Positions 46,282-54,017 of a stretch of DNA of 64,000 nucleotides are shown here, in pieces. The position numbers and the translations under genes were made by a program. This DNA is from Chloroflexota bacterium (lineage in GTDB: Bacteria; Chloroflexota; Anaerolineae; UBA2200): positions 8,011 to 72,010 of the forward strand of contig JACIWW010000012.1 of assembly GCA_014360905.1 (NCBI GenBank). Direction: 5' to 3'. The notes below the pieces were generated by a model. The model was not told where the DNA came from, did not search any database, and was given only the letters and a program-made list of their open reading frames with translations. Position 1 is the stretch's first letter; each line of letters starts with the position of its first letter.

Positions 46282-47219
46282 TGGATGCTTTCGCGAAAGT
46301 ACAACCATACCTGGTTGAGCGGCCACGCCCGCTCATCGGTGCTGAGACAGTGCAACTCATCGTGATGCGCGAGATCCTTGATTACACAGTTCTGCGCACC
46401 GAGGAGACACGAGAGCTTAACGTTGTGCACACACCTCTCTCAGCCAAAAACAGCAGCGAACCAGTCCGCAGAGTGGCTTTTCTGGCCACAAAGCAAAAAG
46501 CAGCTGAGTCGCGGGAATTGGAGCATCTCTTGCGCACAGCACGTAGGGCTGTGGGCTTGCCCGAGCAGGAATGCTATCTCAAGGATAACCTCTGCATGCG
46601 GTGCCCTCGCTGTGGGCTTTTCGGCGGGACCAGCGTCGTCCCAGGGCAGGAGGAACGCGCGAACATTAAACACCGCATTGAATACTCTACTGCTTTCTCG
46701 CTGATGCCCTTCGAGGACATTGCCACCCGACTCACCTTCAACGCTATCAATGATCGCAACCTCACCACTGGACAGGCACTCGGTGACCGCCACGCTGTTC
46801 TGCCAGCCACTCTATTCCCCTCAGTTGTGACCCTGAAGAGCGTAACCCAACGGGAGCTGATCCTGACGATCAAGACCCTTCTGGCCTGCAAGAGCTATGG
46901 GGCGGAAAGCCGTATCGGTGGAGACGTACGCAACAGCATCTGGGGCATGGTGGCTGGCTGGGAGGAAGTCATCACCTCACTTGAGCTGACCCTTGAACTG
47001 TTCGATGAGATGGAAAACCTCTCTCCAGCCAAAGTGCTCGAGATTATCGCGCAAAAGTACGTGCCGCTAGCGGGTAATCCTGACAAGGTAGTGGTTCTGA
47101 CGCTGGAAGAGGTTGACGCCCTGGTCACAGCCTGCGCCAGCACTGAGCTAGATCGTCCATTTATCGAGGAAGCCTATAAGGATATCGAAAAGTATCGCAG
47201 CGAGCAACTGGCTCGCTAA
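46281..47219 (+). CDS. cas7: Cas7d (Csc2) RAMP backbone subunit with zinc finger
   Basis: CMRCPRCGLFGG zinc knuckle. Gly-rich loop GAESRIGGDVRNSIWGMVAG. RBS GAGGAGGAGG. Confidence 0.8.
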   Translation: MDAFAKVQPYLVERPRPLIGAETVQLIVMREILDYTVLRTEETRELNVVHTPLSAKNSSEPVRRVAFLATKQKAAESRELEHLLRTARRAVGLPEQECYLKDNLCMRCPRCGLFGGTSVVPGQEERANIKHRIEYSTAFSLMPFEDIATRLTFNAINDRNLTTGQALGDRHAVLPATLFPSVVTLKSVTQRELILTIKTLLACKSYGAESRIGGDVRNSIWGMVAGWEEVITSLELTLELFDEMENLSPAKVLEIIAQKYVPLAGNPDKVVVLTLEEVDALVTACASTELDRPFIEEAYKDIEKYRSEQLAR

Positions 47220-47232
47220 GGAGGCCACGACT

Positions 47233-47952
47233 ATGCTTGAAGCCATCCGCTTGCAGGAGCATGGCATCCGGCTCTTTGTCTGCCGGTTATACAATCACGA
47301 CTACCTGTGGTTTTCCTCGTACGAGATCAGCAAGCTATCGGTAGCATGGCCCATCATCCACAATTACGCCCTGACCTACTCTCTGGGGGATTTCTCTTAT
47401 GGTATCTCCACCGAGACGGCGCCCCAGTACGAAGAGAACTTGGCTCACATTCCCTTGTACGCGACCCCAGCTGTAGCAACACAATGGAGTCGTACACGCA
47501 TCACCTACAACGCTGTTAACGCTCGGTCGCTGCGTACAGATGATGCGCCACGGGGGATCAACAGTCCCGACTTGGGCTGGCGTCACTACATTGACCCGGT
47601 GTTTGCTGGTGGTGATGCCCTGAAAAGCAACCTGGGATTCAGTTGTTACCTATTCACCTTTGATGGAAGCAGGCCTAAGGGCGTGACCCGGCTGGGTAAG
47701 AAGGGGGCAGCCATGCGCATTCACTGGGAGGAGATACATAACCCGCTGGCACTTTTCAAGGACGAGCCAATACGACCTACCCATCCTGTGAACCCGCTGG
47801 ATATCAGTGGGAACGCTGAGGTATACGATCCAGTACGTATCCCACCCCACTTGATCCTGCGTACAGCAGCCATTCGTGACGATTGGTTCGTCTTCGCTGG
47901 CTTTCACCGAGTACATGTGCCTAAGAGGGTGTTGGACCGATGCCGAGGGTAA
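47233..47952 (+). CDS. cas5: Cas5d (Csc1) RAMP subunit
   Basis: RBS AAGGAGG. RAMP Gly-rich loop RLGKKGAAMRI. Position after cas7d. Confidence 0.75.
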   Translation: MLEAIRLQEHGIRLFVCRLYNHDYLWFSSYEISKLSVAWPIIHNYALTYSLGDFSYGISTETAPQYEENLAHIPLYATPAVATQWSRTRITYNAVNARSLRTDDAPRGINSPDLGWRHYIDPVFAGGDALKSNLGFSCYLFTFDGSRPKGVTRLGKKGAAMRIHWEEIHNPLALFKDEPIRPTHPVNPLDISGNAEVYDPVRIPPHLILRTAAIRDDWFVFAGFHRVHVPKRVLDRCRG

Positions 47953-49961
47953 AGACCAAACCGCTAACTCTGTCTCTGGTGAAGCATCCAGAGACTCAAC
48001 ACACTCTCTATCCTCACCAAGCAGTAATGTTGGATGCTTGGGAAAAGCATGACTCTTTTCTGCTGGTCACGAAGACGGGCACGGGCAAGACCATTGGTGC
48101 ACTCCTGCCCGTGCTCAAACATCGCCAACGGGCTATCTGCGTTTACCCGACCAATGAACTGATCCGCGACCAGGTATGGAACATTGCCAAAATCGCAAAG
48201 CGGGAAGGCCTCAGCGTTTGCATTCAAATCCCAGATACCCCACCTGCGCAGTATGCTGCAGCCGACATTATCCTTGTCCACATCGACGCTGCTATGTTGG
48301 AGGCCTGGCGCAAGAAAAAGCACTTTAGCGCCAAATGGCAAGCGCTCAGGGAATTGCTAGAGGCAGACAAGCCCAAGATCATACTTACCAACCCAGACAT
48401 CCTGTTTCTCATCTTTGCCTTGCGTTACCATGCCGAGCCTTTGGCAGCTCTCCAGGCGTATGATGCCTTAATCATTGATGAGTTTCACCTCTACTCCGGT
48501 GTCGAGTTGGCTCATGCCCTATTTATGGTGCACCTCGGCCGCAACTTGGGGACATTCCGCAAGGTCGTGCTGCTCAGCGCCACCCCTGCACGAGAGGTAG
48601 ACGAGTATCTGGAGAAACTTCTTAACCCCTTCCGCATAGATGAAACCTCAACTTGCACTTATCCCGTAGTGGGTGAGCGCATAGCCGTAGAAACTGTTGA
48701 AGTCATCCCTAAGCTCGTGGGGACTGATGTAGTGGAGACGGCGGTGTCCATCATCAATGAACTACGAGAAGAGATCGTAAGCCTAAGGCAAAGCAACAAC
48801 GCCACCGACTATATTCCGGCCGTCATTGTGCTTGATTCGGTGGTGAATGCGATCCGCTTAGAAGACAGGTTAGTTGAAGAAGGCTTTGAACGGGATGCCT
48901 TGGCCATTATCCGAGGGTTGTCGACACGAGAGGTACGCGACACGAGTGGGAAGCTCCTGGCTATTGGCACCTCAGCCATTGAAGTAGGGATTGACTTTAA
49001 GTGTGACTACCTGATCTTTGAGGCAAGTGAAGCTGCTTCTTTTATGCAACGTTTTGGCCGAGTGGGTCGGCACACTCCTGGCGCGGCTTATGTGCTTTGC
49101 AGGGCCAACGTTCTGGCCGGCATTGAAAATCTACCACCTCAGGTTGAGCGTGGCGCCCTGGAGGCACGTGTCTATGATTGGTATCCTAGCCCCGAACCCA
49201 GGGCATGGTTTGTCACGACATTCTCGGGGTTGCTGACAGCTTTCACTTTGGCAGAAAACATCGTCAGCAAGGTACGTGATGACTTCCGAGCCAGCCCTGG
49301 GCAAGTAGCTATCGTGGAAGCGCACATGGAACAGATCTGTGCCAATTATGCGACTATTATCGGGGCATCCGAAAAAATCTTCAAAAGAGCCAAGTCCTAC
49401 ATACGGAAGACGCATCAAGGGGATCAGGAAAAGCGTTGGTTGCAAGTTTACCGTGACCTCAATACATTCCGCACATCGTTGCCCAGCGAATGGGTATTAG
49501 ATTTCGCTGAGCTGCAACGGCGTGGGGGTAACTGGGACAGAGCCAAATATACAGCAGATATAGCAACTCTGTTACGTCGAGCCGATGGCTTACGCTTTAA
49601 CGAAAAGATCCCACATCCAGATGGTGGAATGGGAATGCTGACGGTGAAGGGATATGGGCGGTATAAGAAAGTCTGGGTCACCCCGAGCTTCACTGATGAC
49701 CAGTGTGGAATCCCGTTCTGCACCAGCGACTTCCGAGAATTGCGCTTCATCCAGGAAGGGCACAAAACGTCAATTTCGCACGTGATGACCTTGCGTGATC
49801 ACGTCTTCGTGGTTGTACCAAAAACCACTTGGCCCGACCTGGATTGGCGCTTACCAGTCTTCGAATGTGGCCAGCATTTGATAGCCTTCGATGGGACAGC
49901 ATTGATGCTTTTGGAAATCTACAATCAGAAGTTAGCAAGATGGGGTCGGTCGAGCTCTTGA
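47940..49961 (+). CDS. cas3: Cas3' helicase (SF2, no HD domain), type I-D
   Basis: Motif I TGTGKT. DEFH box (LIIDEFH). SAT (LLSATP). Helicase C-terminal motifs FGRVGR. Confidence 0.85.
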   Translation: MPRVKTKPLTLSLVKHPETQHTLYPHQAVMLDAWEKHDSFLLVTKTGTGKTIGALLPVLKHRQRAICVYPTNELIRDQVWNIAKIAKREGLSVCIQIPDTPPAQYAAADIILVHIDAAMLEAWRKKKHFSAKWQALRELLEADKPKIILTNPDILFLIFALRYHAEPLAALQAYDALIIDEFHLYSGVELAHALFMVHLGRNLGTFRKVVLLSATPAREVDEYLEKLLNPFRIDETSTCTYPVVGERIAVETVEVIPKLVGTDVVETAVSIINELREEIVSLRQSNNATDYIPAVIVLDSVVNAIRLEDRLVEEGFERDALAIIRGLSTREVRDTSGKLLAIGTSAIEVGIDFKCDYLIFEASEAASFMQRFGRVGRHTPGAAYVLCRANVLAGIENLPPQVERGALEARVYDWYPSPEPRAWFVTTFSGLLTAFTLAENIVSKVRDDFRASPGQVAIVEAHMEQICANYATIIGASEKIFKRAKSYIRKTHQGDQEKRWLQVYRDLNTFRTSLPSEWVLDFAELQRRGGNWDRAKYTADIATLLRRADGLRFNEKIPHPDGGMGMLTVKGYGRYKKVWVTPSFTDDQCGIPFCTSDFRELRFIQEGHKTSISHVMTLRDHVFVVVPKTTWPDLDWRLPVFECGQHLIAFDGTALMLLEIYNQKLARWGRSSS

Positions 49962-50083
49962 GCCCAAAGAGTACGATTCACTTTGAGGATGCTGGGAACA
50001 AACGCTCATCCATGCACTACCTTACTGCCTATCGCTTGCACGGGATTAGAACATTGTTGAAACAAGAGTGTACTGGAGGCCCT

Positions 50084-50812
50084 ATGACCAACGATGACCA
50101 TGCACCGGCCCTATTCCAGGGCAAATATCGCGTCCCGTCTGCACGCCTAAAGGGGTGGGATTATACCTCATCCGGCCTGTATTTCGTTACCATCTGTACC
50201 AAGGAGCGCATTCCGTTCCTGGGGGACATCGTGAACGGCGAAATGCACCTTTCCTCCATCGGTGAAATCGTGGCCGAAGAATGGCGGAAAACCGAACAAA
50301 TCCGTCCCAACGTGATCCTGGATGCCTGGGTCATCATGCCCAATCACATGCACGCCATTATCGGCATTACCGCCGTTACGGTAGAGACGCCCCAACGGGA
50401 TTTGGTTTCCGTAGAGACGCCCCAACGGGATCTGGTTTCCGTAGAGACGCCCCAACGGGATCTGGTTTCCGTAGAGACGCCCCAACGGGATCTGGTTTCC
50501 GTAGAGACGCCCCAACGGGATTTGGTTTCCGTAGAGACGCCCCAACGGGGCGTCTCTACGGCGACAACGACGACAACCACGTCTGTGCCACGGTTGCCAC
50601 CCAATTCGCTGGGATCTATCATTGGGCAATTCAAATCGGTATGCACCAAACGCATCTGGGCCATGGGTTGGCACGATTTCGCCTGGCAGGCACGGTTCTA
50701 TGACCACATTATTCGCCATGAGGTCTCCCTGCAGCGCATCCGACAGTACATCGTGGAGAATCCATCCCAATGGGAACAGGACCAAAACAATCCGACAAAT
50801 CTATATATGTAA
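50084..50812 (+). CDS. REP-associated tyrosine transposase (RAYT; IS200/IS605 TnpA-like HUH Y1 enzyme) embedded in the cas operon. Contains an in-frame 5.5x 30-bp tandem repeat (VETPQRDLVS)n insertion.
   Basis: GGAGG RBS before ATG 50084. The upstream part of the 49829 ORF overlaps cas3' and has no homology. HUH motif MPNHMHAII. C-terminal FAWQARFYDHIIRHE Tyr motif. Tandem repeats at 50381-50559. Confidence 0.75.
   Translation: MTNDDHAPALFQGKYRVPSARLKGWDYTSSGLYFVTICTKERIPFLGDIVNGEMHLSSIGEIVAEEWRKTEQIRPNVILDAWVIMPNHMHAIIGITAVTVETPQRDLVSVETPQRDLVSVETPQRDLVSVETPQRDLVSVETPQRDLVSVETPQRGVSTATTTTTTSVPRLPPNSLGSIIGQFKSVCTKRIWAMGWHDFAWQARFYDHIIRHEVSLQRIRQYIVENPSQWEQDQNNPTNLYM
50381..50559 (+). repeat. 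Tandem repeat 5 x 30 bp (GTAGAGACGCCCCAACGGGAT[T/C]TGGTTTCC) ending in a perfect 13-bp-stem hairpin GTAGAGACGCCCC-AACG-GGGGCGTCTCTAC, inside the RAYT coding sequence
   Basis: Direct reading of 50381-50559. Units 1 and 5 carry T and units 2-4 carry C at position 22. Confidence 0.9.
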
Positions 50813-50898
50813 AATGGCGCTTGTGTTCCTGCGCCCTGCACAGCCATTGGATGAGGGAAAGGCACACGGCCTAATTATGAGAGAGTGGGAGTTGATGT

Positions 50899-51882
50899 AT
50901 GCACCATTTCGCGGCTCATCGCCTGCGCTTCGTGGCCGAAGTGCAGACGCCCATTGAATTGAATGAGCACCAGGGCTCGGCCATTCGCGGAGCACTGTTC
51001 AAGGTCCTGCGGCGCAATTTTTGCCTGCAGCAGCACTTGGACTCCTGCCAGCCTTGCCCTCTGCACGCTTCCTGTCCGGTCAGTTTTCTGCTGGCCACCG
51101 TAGAGAATGAAGGATGGCGCGGTGCTGACTTGCCCCGCCCCTACACCATCGAGCCGCCGCTAGGAGCCACGCCATCCTATGCCCCTGGCGAGCGCCTGGA
51201 GTTCGGCCTGACCATGTTCTCACGCGCCCTCAACCTTTTCCCCTACGTGGTGGTTGGCGTCAATGCCCTGCAACGCGAGGGAATCGGGCGCAAGGTCAAA
51301 GCCAATGGCTGGCGTCGCGGCACTTTCCTCCTGCGTGAAATCTGGGCCGAAAACCCGCTCACTGGCTATCGCCAGCCGGTCATGCGTGCGGATGACCCTC
51401 TGGTCAACGTCCCCGACATACCGATCACGCACGAACAGATTATGGACTCATGCGCCGCTCTGGAAGGGAATGGGCCCGGGGGTGAGGTCACCTTGTTCTT
51501 CCTAACTCCCACGCGTCTCATCGAACAGGGGCGCCTTTTGCACACTCCGCTTTTCCGCCCGCTGCTGCAACGCCTGTTCGAACGGCTCTCCGCCCTCGCC
51601 CGGGCGTACTCGGATACGCCGCTGGAATTGGACTTTCGCGCCTTGCTGCAAGAGGCAGAGCAGATACGCTTGGCAGCAGATCACACCTACTGGGTGGAAT
51701 GGGATAGTTACTCCACACGCCGCCAAACCCGCACGCCCATGAGCGGCTTCATGGGACGGGTTACCTATGCCGGACCTATTGAGCCATTCCTGCCCTGGTT
51801 GCTGTGGGGACAGTTCACTCACGTGGGCAAGGACGCGGTCAAAGGCAACGGCTGGTACCAACTGCTGGAGAAAGCGCTGTGA
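50899..51882 (+). CDS. cas6: Cas6 crRNA endoribonuclease
   Basis: C-terminal glycine-rich loop GKDAVKGNGWY. RAMP fold. Position before cas1. Confidence 0.8.
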   Translation: MHHFAAHRLRFVAEVQTPIELNEHQGSAIRGALFKVLRRNFCLQQHLDSCQPCPLHASCPVSFLLATVENEGWRGADLPRPYTIEPPLGATPSYAPGERLEFGLTMFSRALNLFPYVVVGVNALQREGIGRKVKANGWRRGTFLLREIWAENPLTGYRQPVMRADDPLVNVPDIPITHEQIMDSCAALEGNGPGGEVTLFFLTPTRLIEQGRLLHTPLFRPLLQRLFERLSALARAYSDTPLELDFRALLQEAEQIRLAADHTYWVEWDSYSTRRQTRTPMSGFMGRVTYAGPIEPFLPWLLWGQFTHVGKDAVKGNGWYQLLEKAL

Positions 51883-51904
51883 ACAGTCCAAAAGGAGCAC
51901 CGCA

Positions 51905-52927
51905 GTGGAGACGCAATACCTTATTGTAGATGAATTCGGCGTCTTTGTAGGCAAACACTCCGAGAGATTGCAGGTACGCAAAGGAGAGGAACTCCTGCAG
52001 GAAGCGCCGCTGTTCAACCTGGAAGGAGTCATTATCACCGGACGTGGTGTGGCTCTCTCTGCTGACGCCGTTACTGCCTGTGCCGATGCCGGCATCCCTG
52101 TGCACTTTGTCCATGTTTCGGGACGCATCAGCGCCAGCATCTTCTCTGCGGGGCTGACCGGCACCATCCAAACGCGTCGCTCACAACTGGAAGCTGCCCA
52201 CAGCCGCCATGGCGTTGCCCTAGCCAAAGCTTTTGCCCTGGGCAAAATATCGAATCAGGCTGTCTTGATCCGCTATCTGGCCAAGTACCGCAAGGGCATC
52301 AAGCCCGACCTGCACCGTGAATTAGAGCAGCGCGCCGCCGAAATCATGGCTTGTGCCGCAGAATTGCGCGCTCTGCCCGGCCGCACCGCCGAAGAAATAC
52401 GGCTCTCACTCCTGTCTATCGAGGGACATGCCGCAGAAAAATACTGGGAGGCCATACGCCTGGTTGTCCGTGTGCCCTCCGATTGGAAAGGGCGCAGCGG
52501 ACGAGGCGCGACCGACCCAGTGAACGCCGCGCTGAACTATGGCTATGGCATCTTATACAGCCAAGTGGAACGGGCCATCGTTCTGGCCGGGCTCGACCCC
52601 TACGCTGGCTTCATCCACGCCGACCGGCCAGGCAAGCCAAGCCTGGTCTTGGACTTGGTGGAAGAATTTCGCGTCCCTGTGGTTGACCGCACGGTCTTTG
52701 CTATGATCAACCGTGGCACTCAGTTGGAATTGGATGCCGACAACCTCCTGGTGCAAAAGACACGCCGCACTATTGCGGAGAATGTCCTGGCACGGCTGGA
52801 CAAAGCGGAGCGCTATGAACGTAAGAAACTGTCCTTGCGCCATATCATCCAATACCAAGCGCGGCATATCGCCACTTTCGTGCGCGGAGAGCGCGCCACG
52901 TACAAACCCTTTGTGGTCAGGTGGTGA
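51905..52927 (+). CDS. cas1: Cas1 integrase
   Basis: GTG start at 51905 with AAAGGAG RBS. N-terminus VETQYLIVDEFGVFVGKHSERLQV. Conserved ...NAALNYGYG... and E/H/D catalytic residues. Confidence 0.85.
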   Translation: METQYLIVDEFGVFVGKHSERLQVRKGEELLQEAPLFNLEGVIITGRGVALSADAVTACADAGIPVHFVHVSGRISASIFSAGLTGTIQTRRSQLEAAHSRHGVALAKAFALGKISNQAVLIRYLAKYRKGIKPDLHRELEQRAAEIMACAAELRALPGRTAEEIRLSLLSIEGHAAEKYWEAIRLVVRVPSDWKGRSGRGATDPVNAALNYGYGILYSQVERAIVLAGLDPYAGFIHADRPGKPSLVLDLVEEFRVPVVDRTVFAMINRGTQLELDADNLLVQKTRRTIAENVLARLDKAERYERKKLSLRHIIQYQARHIATFVRGERATYKPFVVRW

Positions 52928-52931
52928 GATC

Positions 52932-53195
52932 ATGCGCTGCGTTGTCGTCTATGACATCCCAGATGATCGCGTTCGCACCCGAGTGGCAGACGTGTGCCTT
53001 GATTATGGCCTGGAACGCATCCAGTTTTCTGCCTTCCAGGGTTCGTTGGAACCATTCTATCAGGAGGAACTATTGCTCAAGGCAAAAAAGAAGGTGGGCA
53101 ACAAGGAAGCCAACATCCAAGTCTTTCCCATTTGCGAAAGGGATTGGGAGAAGAGGCTAGTATGGATTCAGAAGGCAAAACAGGACAAGAAGTAG
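52932..53195 (+). CDS. cas2: Cas2
   Basis: MRCVVVYDIPDDRVRTRVADVCLDYGLERIQFSAFQ. 87 aa. Confidence 0.85.
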   Translation: MRCVVVYDIPDDRVRTRVADVCLDYGLERIQFSAFQGSLEPFYQEELLLKAKKKVGNKEANIQVFPICERDWEKRLVWIQKAKQDKK

Positions 53196-53788
53196 AAGCG
53201 GTCTCTTTTCGCGTCAGCGACCTGAAACAATATTTCTTCTGCCCACGGATCGTCTATTACCACTACTGCCTGCCCGCTGTGCGCCCGGTCATCTTCAAAA
53301 TGCTCGTGGGTCGTGAACAGGGCGAGGAGGAGCACCTACGGGAGGAGCGACGTTCGCTGAAGGCATACGGGCTGCGGCAAGGGGAACGCTTCTTCAACCT
53401 GATGCTCTCCTCTCTACGGCTTGGACTGCATGGGCGGCTTGACTTGGCGATCAAAACAGATGATAATATCAGTAGGACCCTGGAAGCGATCCCGGTGGAC
53501 TATAAACTGACGCCTGGGCGGACGGTGACGCATTTCATCCTCCAGGTGGTGGCCTACGGGATGCTGTTGGAAGAAGCGTGGAACATGCCGGTGCAGCGAG
53601 GATTTCTGTACCTGATTCCGGCACGCAGGGCGCGGGAGGTAGCGCTTACGCCCGAGTTACGTCGGCAAGTGCAGGCAGCGGTGGAGGCGATGCGGTATAT
53701 CGTGACACGCGAAGCGATGCCTGCGCCGCCCCGCCAGCAGGCGAAATGCCGCATTTGTGAGTTTCGGCGCTTTTGCAACGACGTGTGA
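53162..53788 (+). CDS. cas4: Cas4 (RecB-like nuclease with 4Cys Fe-S cluster)
   Basis: N-terminal CPRIVYY. QVVAYGMLL (QxxxY). C-terminal CRICEFRRFC. Start uncertain (ATG 53162 overlapping cas2, or track start 53132). Confidence 0.8.
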   Translation: MDSEGKTGQEVEAVSFRVSDLKQYFFCPRIVYYHYCLPAVRPVIFKMLVGREQGEEEHLREERRSLKAYGLRQGERFFNLMLSSLRLGLHGRLDLAIKTDDNISRTLEAIPVDYKLTPGRTVTHFILQVVAYGMLLEEAWNMPVQRGFLYLIPARRAREVALTPELRRQVQAAVEAMRYIVTREAMPAPPRQQAKCRICEFRRFCNDV

Positions 53789-54017
53789 TTTTTGGGCTCG
53801 CGACTGTCGCAAATGGAGCCTTTTTTGGCGCAAAAAGCGCTTTGCGCAGCCCGTGCACCTTAACAATTGCATCAGGACAAGCAAAGAGCAGTTATGGCAG
53901 GCAATCAGCTCTCGATCCGGGCATAGGATACGTGGAAATGCGGGGATAAGCGCATCAAACAGGGTTGATGACACGGCGTAGTGCTATCTGGCCTTTTAAA
54001 GCGGGGCGAATGAGTGA
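53789..54017 (+). promoter_or_regulatory. CRISPR leader. Contains a degenerate repeat-like segment CTCGATCCGGGCATAGGATAC at ~53907-53927.
   Basis: Non-coding, A/T-richer than its surroundings, lies between cas4 and the first repeat. Partial match to the repeat core CTCGATCCGAGGATAGGATAC. Confidence 0.6.

Noticed and set aside
49829-50083. N-terminal 85-codon extension of the RAYT ORF, overlapping the cas3' 3' end
   Set aside because: No RBS and no homology. The family-typical N-terminus (MTNDDHAPALFQGKYRVPSARLKGWDY) starts at ATG 50084, preceded by GGAGG.
51767-51904. Upstream extension of cas1 ORF overlapping cas6
   Set aside because: Cas1 N-terminal consensus begins at GTG 51905 (VETQYLIVDE...) with AAAGGAG RBS. 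The extension is out of character (Cys/Trp-rich) and lies inside cas6.
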